Shown here: in pieces, positions 13,151-25,358 of the stretch
How the letters are laid out: the number at the start of each line of letters is the position of its first letter
Position numbering within the stretch: position 1 is the first letter of the stretch
Assembly: GCF_006345805.1 (NCBI RefSeq)
Contig: NC_043003.1
Coordinates: forward strand, 75,020,001 to 75,084,000
Direction of reading: 5' to 3'
DNA from: Octopus sinensis
Lineage: Eukaryota
DNA length: 64,000 nucleotides
Notes under the pieces: model-generated
Database searches by the model: none
Told to the model about the DNA's origin: nothing
What the model saw: the letters and a program-made list of their open reading frames with translations, nothing else
Translations under genes and position numbers: made by a program

Positions 13151-13874
13151 TAACGGAATTTTTTAGAAATTTCTATCGAGACACGTACTTATAGTGATGC
13201 ATTATATGGTTATGGACGATGTGTCTAGTTTCGGCATATTTGGCATTATATTTATTTTCTTATATCCTTTTTTATAAGTTGTTTATAAATTTAACCTTTA
13301 AAGGTATTTTTTAATATGCTGGCCATTGATAAAATTTGTTTTTCATAAATTTTATCCTATATTATATATATATATATATACATACATATATGTGTGTGTG
13401 TGTGTGTATTTACATTACAATTTCACAAAATTTGTGCTGTTACATGAAGAGAAATATTCATTAATTTTTAGGGTCCCCGGTGATAATGGATGAAACAATT
13501 TTATTATATATAAAGCACACCAGAACTAAAACTGCATTTCTGAGAAATTGTTTTGGTGAAGCCGTAACTTGATGTTAGTAATCTTTCGTATAGTGGTCGG
13601 CTTAATGTAGTTTGTAAGCCTCCAAACGGTATTGAAAAGCCTTCTCGGGAATGTTTGTGGTGATGAGGCTTATGAATTTATTTCATACTGAAAATTTAGA
13701 GACGAAATAAGTCATTATATAACTACAAGAAAAGAAGTAAATGCGTCGTTTAAGCGGTAAGAATGGTGACAGGAAATCTGATAATTTAGGAGACGAGATA
13801 CTACTTTAAAGCTTTTAGAAGTACGAAAGAGAGACAAAAATATCAAGTGTTGCTTAGTTTTTTGCCAAAGAATT

Positions 13875-14043
13875 GAAATGGGCAAGGCCAGGTATTTCGA
13901 ATGAGGAGCTAAAGTAATTATATTGATACCCCTATCAACTCCCAAAATGATGGATGGCAAAGTTGACCTCGGAATGTAAAGCAGAACTAAATCCTACTAA
14001 GAATTTCGTCCTGTGCGCTAACTCTTCTGCCAGCTTGCCCCTT
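13875..14043 (-). mobile_element. SINE family 2, diverged copy
   Basis: Minus strand GGGGCAAGCTGGCAGAAGAGTTAGCGCACAGGACGAAAT...GAGGTCAACTTTGCCATCCATC...GATA, like copies at 32063 and 61165. Confidence 0.7.
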
Positions 14044-15078
14044 TTAGTTGTATAGTATGATGGATATATGTATAGTAGTATTGCTAGATATGACTATACA
14101 TATCGTAATAGTTAGGAGTAGTTATCACATATTAATATAATAATTGTACAGGTTCAGTCACGCATAATTATATAAGTTCACACAGTTTATTATTCTTATA
14201 TGTGTGTTTTGAAAGAAGAGTTATTTTATGACAAAGCTGTAAGCAAATCGCACACATGATCAGCAAACCTGAAATCTGGTGCAATATTCCAAACAAAATT
14301 GCTATTGATTAAAAATACATAACAAAATAACTTTATTTTAGAGGTATTCATTAAAACCACACGTAACAAAAATAAAATGCACTGGATGCAAAGGACGTTG
14401 ACAAGATCAAATAGAAATATTAACGTTTTCTACGAAATGATACAGACTATATTATCACCATGAAAGCATTAATACTGACGTATACAGAAACAAAACACAT
14501 TTCTGTATGTACGTCATTGTGGACCCATCGCACACGTGACTCAGTATTTATAGAGTATGTGATGGTGCCAGCAATATCTCTTTCTTTCCCCACCCTTCTC
14601 TCTCTCTCTCTCTCGCATTTCCCTATGTACCTCTGTCTCTTTCTCTCCCTCTCTTTCGGTCCGATTGAAGTACGTGGTGTTGATAAGCCACAAAAATAGG
14701 GAGATATTGGTATCCATCGCCCCCGAATGGCATTCGAGATGGGTTGTCTCACCTGGCTATAAATTTCAGGTATTTTAACATTTTCTTAGAGGGAGGCCTT
14801 CCCAGCGCGATGTAGGCAGAAAGCCGGGAGACAAGCAAAACACATACATCCATTATGAGAGGTCGATGTTTATAACGTTAGAGGTGTTTTAAATTCGTAA
14901 CTGGCATAAATATTCGTATTTATGAATGCTTGCATGCATATTTACTCGTATTCACGTATGTATATGTATATGTACATGTGTGTATGAATATATGCATTTA
15001 AGTATGTTAGTGTGTATGTGTGGAGAGTTGTATGAGTAAATGTGTGAATGTGTGAATGTGTGCTTACGTGTATTAATG

Positions 15079-15124
<46 letters not shown>

Positions 15125-15416
15125 GACACATAAACACACAGGCAATCATATATGGTTTAAACACAGTTGCTCTATAAATCTGTACATTTTTTACTGTATA
15201 AGTGCATGCATATGTTCCTCATATTCTACCATTCTCTCAATTATATTCTTTCATATTTCTCTAATTGCATAGAAGCTGATGTGGATGTCGGTTGTTGACG
15301 CTATCTCAGAATCTATGAAATTATAGAAATATTGTTTTTATTCCCAAACGCGTGGTAATGCTAACACGTAACGTGATCAAGATAAATTATTCATACATTG
15401 CAGGAAAATACATTAT

Positions 15417-15490
15417 CGGCCAGCGATGATACACGAACTCACATCCCTGTGATTAAGCGTCAAGTGCTTTACCATAAAGCTAAACTGCCC
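15417..15490 (-). pseudogene. tRNA-like relic resembling tRNA-Lys(CTT), or a tRNA-derived SINE head
   Basis: GGGCAGTTTAGCTTTATGGTAAAGCACTTGACGCTTAATCACAGGGATGTGAGTTCG...: D-stem GCTTT/AAAGC, A box, CTT-AA anticodon loop, GTTCG B box; acceptor and T stems imperfect. Confidence 0.55.
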
Positions 15491-15869
15491 AGTAACGAAT
15501 TCTTCTGCAATTTTAGAACTTATAATTTTAGATTCATAAGACCATAACGTTAAATCTCATACGTTAAATCTTTCAATACATCTCAACGATTCTAAAACAA
15601 ACTTTGTTTGTTACCTTTCATCGAAATACATATCCATTGCGTGAGAATTGAGTGTATTCTGATATAATATCCTATAATATCATCTAATATGAATTTACTA
15701 ATAATAATTCTTATTTACTAATAATTCTTATGTACTATTGATTCTTATTTAATTATATTTCCTATTTAGTAATAATTCCGTACTAATGACTCTTTGTGGG
15801 ATTCATTAATCTACAACCAGGATTTTGTTTAAGATATTTTTATAAAGAGTTATTAAAGAATTTCGTGGG

Positions 15870-15968
15870 ATAAGCTTTTCTACTTAATCTTCTATTTTAA
15901 ACTGTATTGATTACATCGACCCCAGCGTCAACTGCTACTAATTTTGATCGACCCAAAAACTATGAAAA
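15870..15968 (-). mobile_element. SINE family 2, 3' core fragment
   Basis: Minus strand TTTCATAG...GGGTCGATCAAAATTAGTAGCAGTTGACGCTGGGGTCGATGTAATC. Confidence 0.6.
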
Positions 15969-16100
15969 TGTTGTGAGTGAGAATGAGATCACCACGGCGT
16001 CGTCGTTTTTCTAGAGAATAAAGTTCGAGTATCTTCAGCCTTCCTTCATAAGACAAATGCTTGAGGCCAAAACTCATGCGGCTAGCCAGCTTCTTGGGAT
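15969..16100 (-). mobile_element. CR1-clade LINE ORF2 3' fragment
   Basis: ASRMSFGLKHLSYEGRLKILELYSLEKRRRRGDLILTHNI matches the CR1 C-terminal signature (L.YEERL..L.L.SLE.RR.RGDLI). Confidence 0.8.
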
Positions 16101-16119
16101 TTACTTTCAGGAGCCTTCC

Positions 16120-17480
16120 TAGTTGCCGGTGTATCCTCGTTCTAGCCTTCAAAGTTAATCTTGTTTGGCCAATGTAATCCCCACCAGGGCCACCGTATAT
16201 GAGGACATAATTTACTTCCTCCATGTACAGGTGAGATTATTTTTAATGGTAAATGTTTAACGTGACTTGAATTCCTATGTTTAACCTTCCATAAGAATGA
16301 TGTGAGTCCCGCAATAATGGCAGTTACAGCTTTTGACGAGTGGGTTGTGTTTTAGTTGGTCGTTTAGAGGTAGCAAGTAGCCTTTTACGAGATTGAGGTG
16401 GCCTTTTTTAGTTTTTTTTCATATTTGCATTACTTTCTCCATTCCTAGGTGGTTCATTGAAAAGGCCATATACTAAATGATAATTCTGCATGATTCGATG
16501 TTCTTTGCATTGTGTGTTGAGACTAAAGTTAAAGGTTTAAGTGTATCAGGGGGTGGCTTTATTGTTGTTTTTTTTGTAATTTTTATTGTCTATCGTACTT
16601 GCACGTTCTTTTCCGTTATAGATTAAACTGACTTGGTATTTTCTTTTGAATGATATATCTTTAAATTCTTGAAGTGGTTTTTCCAAGATTTCGGGGTTGG
16701 AAACATTTGTGAAAATTCTTCTTCCCAAGTTAAAAGGTATATTGATTTTAGTGAGCTTAGGATTGCAGGAAGAGAATAGTTGATATTGATTTCAACTTGT
16801 TGTTTTAAAGTAGATGCTGGTTTCCATGATAACATCTCTTTCTATGATTAGAATGCTCAGGTAAGGTAGCTGTTTTGACTGTATTCCATTGTAAATTGGA
16901 TACTGTAGTTTACGTTATCAATTAAGCTTTTCAACTCCAATAGTTGATCAACCGTGTGAGACCACATAATGAAAATAGTCGTCCATGTAGCGTTTCCTAT
17001 CAAGAAAGAATTTTTGGAAATGATTACTAAATTTCAGATTGGCGTGTCCATGTATTTGCACGTCTAACAATGCCATGACAAGTTAGCAATAGTGGAGGAT
17101 ACATTTATTTCCAACGCAGTCCTAGATACTTGTCAGTATAGTTGAAGTTAAAAGAAGTTATTTTGGAGGATGAATATTCATCCTTTATTGATAATCTCTT
17201 TTCCAATTCAAATATATCACAACCTTAAATGTATCCAGCCTTAAATGTATTGCTTCTATTCAGTATTTCTGTGGAATACAAGTGTAGGGATGTATTACGA
17301 TTAATAAGTTATCCCCCAAGTAAAACGAGCAAGGTCTTATTTGGGAGAAGACTGAAAAGTCTTCGCAATCTCTTCTGAAGCTAGCTATATGTAAAAAATT
17401 GTTAAGAAATATGATAATTGCGTTACACTGGTGAAACCGGCCACAATTGGTCTCAGAATGATATCTCAAGGATGTGACAT
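16120..17480 (-). mobile_element. Penelope-like element: RT core, thumb and start of GIY-YIG endonuclease, decayed
   Basis: Minus strand in order: LRPIVAG, SLYTCIPQ, RTALE..(GTAMG-like), KRYMDD (~16975-16995), RRIFTNVSNPEILEK, Cys-linker, NYVLIY...DYIGQTRLTLKARTRIH. Confidence 0.85.
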
Positions 17481-17519
17481 TCTGAAAATAGGTTATATTA
17501 ATATCTATGTCAACCAAAC

Positions 17520-18195
17520 AAATTTAAATTCTCAGAAAATTACTGAATATCGCTCCAACACCACAGAATTCCAACATAAATGAAATGCAGAACGGTGTCC
17601 AAGAATTGTTTAGAAAGTTACGGGTAACAAAAATTATTGCACGAGAAATCAATGTTACTCTATGCTTGATAATAAAACCAACTATAGTTCGATAAACGGT
17701 AGGAATAGTTCTCTGAACAAATTATGCGATTTTATAAACAACGCTCCCTATAATTTAGAAGCACATCCGAATTTAAACTAAATACGGGCCAAGAAGAACG
17801 GGTAAGTATTAATGATCTCAAGAATAATCAAGCTATAGTTATTAAAGAAGCTGATAACGGTAATGTTGTCGTCATTATGGACAAAAAAATGTATTCTTAA
17901 ACTCTACACTTGGTCTTCTTCATGTTAGCACTCATAAAAAACGTAACAATTGCTAACAATCTAAAATAAAGAAAAAAGCGCATTACTTTCATCCAAAACT
18001 TCCCAACTTATTTAACGGGAAAGGGAAATGACTATGTAACAGTTTACTGAAAAAAACAGCAATTTTTTTGACTTCCAAGATTCCTCAAAAATGACGCCAT
18101 AAATGAAACTTCCAATAGATATTCCACATACCAGATATCTAAAAAAAAACAGAGATTGTGACAGGTCAGTCCTGTGAGACCCCTCACAGCAACTT
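17520..18195 (+). mobile_element. Penelope-like element N-terminal region, inverted relative to neighbour
   Basis: Plus strand: LNIAPTPQNSNINEMQNGVQELFRKLR, INDLKNNQAIVIKEADNGNVVVIMDK (DKG motif), LPRFLK, EIVTGQSCET. Confidence 0.8.
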
Positions 18196-18199
18196 CCTA

Positions 18200-18285
18200 T
18201 ACATACATACATACATACATACATACATACATACATACATACATACATACATACATACATACATACAAACATACATACATACATG
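18200..18285. repeat. (CATA)n microsatellite
   Basis: Direct reading of the sequence. Confidence 0.95.
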
Positions 18286-19057
18286 CATATGTGCGCATGA
18301 ATATATAACAGGTTGATATTAACTATGGACAAAATATGAGAACATACTGCTTATTATTTCAATTTTTTTGTTAAGCCCTCATTCTTCACTTTCAATTCTT
18401 AATGTTTGATATCATAGGCATACAAATCGAAACGGGTAAATGAATGTAAGAAATATAAAATAATATTTAAACATGTTTTCGTGCTGTATCCACCATTATG
18501 TTTTTAACTATAACGCATTTCAAATTTATAATCGTATTTTATATATATATATATATATATATAACTGTATACACACACACATTGATGTATGTATTTGTGT
18601 GGTCATGTGTGTGTGCGTGTGAATATAACTATGTACATACAATGCGTATAAATATTTGCCATTTATTGGTCAAAACATTTATCTCCATAGAAATGCAAAT
18701 CGTACAGCGCTGTCATTCGACCTAAAAAAAACAACATTGCACACCACTTCATTCATGATATATTATATTCATCCTCACACGTTCTTACTCTCACGTAATC
18801 TTATATATACGCAATCATTTATATATGCTCACGTATTCACCCTGACATCCAAGCTCACAAACAGTAACTAATGCCAACTAATTTGCATATGCCCACAAAC
18901 TCTTACACAAGCATCTCACCCATATGATGACAAATCATAGAATGACATTCAACACTTGCTTATATCCCTTTATACGATTCCTATCGTTAATTCACACAAA
19001 TTCCCAGCTACGAACATGCTCGCTATGTTTTTCAATGATTCCTCAGATGCAGATTTA

Positions 19058-19094
19058 CTTTCAGATGATGGATATTATGTCAGAAACGTGAAAG
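19058..19094 (+). ncRNA. Inactivated minimal hammerhead ribozyme relic
   Basis: CTTT-CAGATGA-TGG..TCA-GAAA-CG-TG-AAAG: stem I CTTT/AAAG and ACGT palindrome, but two core positions deviate (U4>A, H17>G). Confidence 0.3.
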
Positions 19095-19361
19095 ATTTCC
19101 TTTTTGTTTCCTTGGTTGAATACACACAAGCTTTCTATATATTCAATCCTCCAACTCTGAATCTTTCAATTTCTTCTTCTCTCTATATATATAGATCAGG
19201 TCGCAGCAAGAAAGAATTCATAATATATATAAAAATTTGCGACGCGCTTTATAGATAGATACTCGCTGATAAAAATTAAGCTGTAAATATTTGTATATGA
19301 CTGGATATTGTGAATAATGCGCAACTCTATGTGTATATGTTGGTGTGTGTTTGAATCTACG

Positions 19362-19670
<309 letters not shown>

Positions 19671-22371
19671 AACAGATAGTGACAATTCGACATTGTAGTA
19701 TTTAATCAAATTCAATTCCCTCCCGTGCCACACTTATTATGCATAGAAACGCACAATATACTTGCAAACCTGAAATCACCATATTTACATCTGATGTACC
19801 AAATAGTCTGTTAGAAGTGAGAAATAGCTTGCAAAAGGCCACATGTATCTGAATAATTGAAACTGAAATCTGCCCTACGAATTCCTTATTTCTTTTATCT
19901 ATATTATATGATACTTTTTACATCGTCTGTGTTTTACATTGAGCATGGTGGCAAAAATGTCATACTGAATATAAAAATATACGTGCGCCTATGCAAACAA
20001 TTGTGAATGTGTATGTTTGTGTATGAGTGTAGTAACGCGCTAATGTTTTAACATGTGATTATACGCACTTATAGGGTAGAGTAAAAGGAGGAAATAAAAG
20101 TAATTGCAAATAGAAATAAGATTAACTGTAAAATACAGATAAAATAATATTGTACCAGAAGATAAGAATAAAAGCGAATGAATGCCACTAGGTATGAAAT
20201 TGATTAATACAGAGTAACCACGTGGATTTCACTACTTCGATTCTATGGCAGGCCAATGGAAGAATAAATATTGCATTTCAAACTGAATCATGGTAATAGA
20301 TAGGAGAAATGTTTTAAGTAGATGGAGATATGGTGGATAAAAGGAATTTAGTGGCACTGCTGAAATATAAACGCTATTTGGAAGCTTAAATTGATAGAAT
20401 AAAATTTGCGTGCTGGCACAAAGTTGCAGACACCCCGACGCACATCTACATTTGTGTACACATACGTTTTAATGAAAATGTATGTATTAAAATAAAGTAG
20501 AATTACACTGACACGTTATTTACTAGTATTTAGTAAAGTGCATTTTTATTACATATTACAAAAAGAACTGATTTCGAATTTTCCATACGCTCACCTTCAT
20601 CAAACTTTGCCTAAACTCCGATCTATTTGGTTGTATATAGGCTTTCGGAAGTTCCTCTTTTGGATGGCTGGAATTATATGAATGAAAATTTGATGAGGTA
20701 TAAGCTAAACTAAATGGAGACGTAGCTGTGTATGAGAAACATTAGCATCAATGAGTTACTTATCCTAACTTAACTGAGTTTGTCGTTCAGCTTTATTAGC
20801 AAGGCCTATCTTGTTGCATATGTCAGAATACGTCTCTGTGCCCTTCATACTTTCGGGTTCGATAACATATGCACCTCCTGCGTACTTGGGTTGAGGTAGA
20901 CGACTTACTCTCTCTCCCTAATTTGCTGGCTTTCTGCCAAAAATCTGAACCCAACTTAAAATACATAAACACACATGTAATATATCGAAGTTATAATATA
21001 CCACGTTGTTGAGATATTACAAAGAAGAAATGAATTGTAATATTTAGAACATAGAATTACCACTTTATTCCTATATAGGTGAGAAATACTTGATTCAGAG
21101 CTATGTGAACATTGTCAGAACAGAAACCATCTAGCAGATAGCTCTAATCAGAGTCGAAATTCTTCAACAATCGTGAATACAGAAACTATGATAGTAAGGT
21201 ACGAATTCACGTTTATAATTTTGTTATATAACTGGCATTAAACAGCATAATCTTTATATTTTCTATAAGACGCCACATAATATAAACACATTATACTAAA
21301 TAATCTTTAATGTATTTACTATATGTTATTCCATTTTAATGAGGGTATTCATTTTCGTGTCTTTGGAATATAAATGATGATATAAGTGATGATCAATTCA
21401 TTTAATATGCAGCCTGAAATGCATTTATTGCAAGATTGTAGAATAATATTAATCAAGAATTGAAACTGTGTTTCAGTTTAAACATTGCTCTGTAGTAGAA
21501 TAAACCCACACATTCCCAGAAAAATAACTTTACACTAAACTAAAATATAATATATTAAGTTATTATATATAATTATAAAGGTATAGACATATTCATGCAT
21601 AGATATTCACATGTGCTTGTAAATTCAAGTGTAGAAACATATAAAAGACCACATATACATGTAAAAATAATCAACAGAATTAAGCACAAAAAAATATACT
21701 AATAAAGGAGATTGGAATTTTATCAAAGCCTCTTATGAATTCACAAAATTATCATCTAATTTCACCATTTTAAAATTATTTAAAAATAAACACATCAGAT
21801 ATATTAGCTACCAAAAAAGTAAAAATAACAAAGAGCACTACCATCAACATTAGTAAAAGTAATAATAAAAATAAATAATAATGCTACGAAAATATAAATA
21901 CAAATGATGGTTAAAAACAATGGCTAGAAGCATACTAAACAGCAAAACAAGATACAGTAAACATCTCCTAGAGATAATGCACAAATATTAGCGATGGAAT
22001 AACGAACAGGTAATTAAATGTAAAGAATTTTTGCTTAAAATAATAAAACAAACAAGAATGATTATAATAATAGGTGGTAAATTTCAGAACTAATCCTCCA
22101 AAATTATTATCATTTTATTTTTTTAATTACAATCTCTTTCTCTATCGCATTCACCTATCGTTTTACTATTAGTATTTGCCTATTTTTGTTTTTATGTTTC
22201 TCTACACAATACACCTGTTCTATCCACATATATTTCTGAATGGTTCGGATTAAATACACAACAAAAATTTCATTCTATCTTAAAAGGTTTTAATTTTTTC
22301 TACTAGTATAACGCAAACATATCTTGCATTACACTGCCTTTTCTATACTCCATTACTCTCTCCTCACTCTC

Positions 22372-22533
22372 ATCTTTCTTTCTTTCTTTCATTCTTCCTT
22401 TCTTTCTTTCTTTCATTCTTTCTTTCTTCCTCCCTTTCTTTCTTTCTTTCTTCTTTCTTTCTTTCTTTCTTTCTTTCATTCTTTCTTTCTTCCTTCCTTC
22501 CTTTCTTTCTTTCTTTCTTTCTTTCTTTCCTTC
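22372..22533. repeat. (TTTC)n pyrimidine tract
   Basis: Direct reading of the sequence. Confidence 0.95.
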
Positions 22534-22779
22534 TCTACCACGTTAAACAGAAGCATACACAGGAAGAGAAAGAAATGTTCAGACAATAAAATTTGTCTCC
22601 GTCTCTGTTTCTACTAACATGTGTGTGTATTTGCGCGAGTGTGTATGCGCTTGTACGTGTGCTCTTCTCCACATATTATGCATGCATATGGAAACAAATA
22701 ACTACATTTACAGAAGTTTGCGTGTATGCATGTGCATGTTTGTGTATTTGAGTAAATAATGCTGTTAATAGCATTAATA

Positions 22780-22910
22780 GGCGCAGGTTCCGGGTTCAGT
22801 CCCACTGCGTGGCACCTTGGGCAAGTGCCTTCTACTATAGCCTCGAGCCGACCAAATCCTTGTGAGTGGATTTGGTAGACGGAAACTGAAAGAAGCCCGT
22901 CGTATATATG

Positions 22911-22989
<79 letters not shown>

Positions 22990-23220
22990 GTGTGTGTGTG
23001 TTTGTATGTCTGTGTTTGGCCCCCTAGCATCGCTTGACAATCGATGCTGGTGTGTTTATGTCCCCGTTACTTATCGGTTCGGCCAAAGAGTCCGATAGAA
23101 TAAGTACTGGGCTTAGAAAAGAATAAGTCCCGGGGTCGAGTCGCTCGATTAAAGACGGTGCTCCAGCATGGCCGCAGTAAAATGACTGAAACAAGTAAAA
23201 AGAGTAAAAGAGTAAGAGTA
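22780..23220 (+). mobile_element. SINE family 1, young copy lacking the A-box segment
   Basis: Closely matches 49190-49606 and 52032-52378; B box GGTTCAGTCCC, internal (TA)n(TG)n, (AAAGAGT)n tail. Confidence 0.92.
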
Positions 23221-24283
23221 ATACACATCTGTCTGAATATATAAAGAACTAACTGAGAGTATACACGCTGACACGAGTGTGACCACGTGGTCTAAGTTTG
23301 AAGAGACATTCGGTCGACGTCTGCAGAAGACCACTGGGCACCTTGGCAAAGGTAATATTTAGTGTGACTAATAATTATGAACTAACATCGGAAAGAGATA
23401 TTTGGTAAAATAAAACAGACAACTTCATAATTCATGTGACAAAAAAATTGGAGACTATATACAATTATTACGGATTCCCACAAGTACTTGTAGTGGTTTA
23501 CGTAGCTAAATAGTTGAATGGACTCTATTGCAAGAAGGATTATGGAGTAACCTTCCTTTACTGAGTTTCTCGAAGCATATGTGTCATGAGACGTGATTCT
23601 TAAATATTCAAGAAGATTAGCGTTTCTCTTAGAAGTTTCTCGAATCTCTAGCGTTCTGCTAATAAAAAGATCTTGCTAACCCTGCTCTTTGTTTCTTAGT
23701 CGATTAGACTTAGAGCCACTCACACGTCATTGCTATGCCCGTCTATTTCTCTACGCCACATAATTGAAAAACACAACTTAGCCGATATTTCTATATTTCC
23801 TATCTCTGAAGTTTCTTGTATACCTGACTTCATTCAACTAGATTCTACATATTGATTCTATGTATCATCATCGACCAGTAAATAAAATATATCTTTATGT
23901 AGTAAATATATACGTCTTGAATTTATTCTTCATTTGTTATGAACTTTTCTAATAACATACACGTAGCCACGTCAACACCTTGCACTGACTATATATTCCC
24001 ACTACATACTTATATGAATGCATGTACGTATGAGTGCATTTGTATGTGTGTTTGTGAGTGTGTGTATGCGAAGTGTAGGGGATTTCATATATAGATAGAG
24101 TAGTTCTGAAAGCTTAAGAAGTTTGCTTCGTAGGTATATGACCCTTGGCTTCATGAGTTTGCGTTTCATTTTATTGAAGGGTGAGGCAATAACTGATGTA
24201 GTAATTGATGCTAACTTTTTCAGTTATATAAGCTCGACATATCACGTCTTCGAATCCAGAAGGCATTATCACCTTTCTTCATT

Positions 24284-25358
24284 TATCAGGTTGAGTGAAA
24301 TGTAGGCAACCTTGTGAACCATGAAGAATTTGTATCGGATTTTTGCAAAATTTGAATCTTTTTGGTATTCAATTTCTAAAAAGGACAGCAAGTATCTGAA
24401 ACTACTCGCAATATCAACGAAACGTTTGGTGAGGAAATGAGCTGTGGTGGTCAGCTCGAAAATGTTTCAAATGATTTCGACGTGGATACCGGAGCCTTGA
24501 AGATCATGAGCGTAGTGGACGCCTATCTGCCATTGATTACGCTCAATTAAACACCGCCATTGAGAATGATCCGAGAAAAACCACTGAGGAACTAGCAAAA
24601 GAACTTCAAGTTCGCCAGATAACTGCCTGCAGCCATTTGTATACGATCGAAAAATCAGAATAGGGAGACTAATGGGTACCACACTATTTGAATGAAAATT
24701 AGAAAATGCGCAGATATGAAATTTGCTAGCAACTTCTCCATAACCAGACCTATCCATCTCTCGACCGTTTTGAAACTTACGATGAGGGATCGAAAACCTT
24801 CCCTACACTTGTGATCTTCAAATAGAAGGTTATGTTGACTGTTTCTAGTTGTGCTGATGGTCTTATCCACTATAACAACTTAAAACCCGGAAAACCCATT
24901 ATTGCAGAAACACATTGCCATGTCATTGAAAAATGAACGAAAAATTGATATTCTTCTGTCTCACAGTGGTCAACAGAAGAGAGCCAAACTTCATGACAAT
25001 GCCTGACCAGACATTTCACTAATGACGTTCGATAAGTTGTGGGAATTTGGCCACAAAGATCGCCCCCCTTTCAGCTTATTCCCCAGATCTTTCTCCAACC
25101 GACTACCACTTTTTTAAAGTCCTTGATGGTTTTCTGCGAGAGGAGTTCAAAAATCAAACCGATGCTGAAAGTTCCTTCAAGGAGATCATCAACGCAAGAA
25201 CTCCAGATTTTTATGTTAGCGGAATATTGTAACTCGTTGGATAATACTTTTTGATTGTAATGGTACTTACTTTGATGAATAAAATTTCGGCATTATTGAA
25301 ATATATGGCTTTGAATTTCATGCTTCAAAACATCATTTACTGTTTACTCAGCCAGATA
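24284..25358 (+). mobile_element. Mariner DNA transposon, internally deleted, with degenerate TIRs and TA ends
   Basis: WVP-like TGGGTACCAC, HDNA, YSPDLSPTDYHFFK, RTPDFY motifs; left end TATCAGGTTGAGTGAAA vs reverse-complemented right end TATCTGGCTGAGTAAAC. Confidence 0.88.

Larger units (their letters stand above)
12565..13362. mobile_element. Non-coding PLE pLTR-like unit arranged as inverted plus partial direct repeats
   Basis: 12570-12795 is the diverged reverse complement of ~13035-13245; 12795-12903 is a direct partial copy of ~13185-13362; both arms contain hammerhead cores; flanked by (TA)n on both sides. Confidence 0.75.

Noticed and set aside
15928-16224. 98-aa ORF as a real protein
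   Set aside because: Chance in-frame join of PLE, CR1 and SINE fragments.
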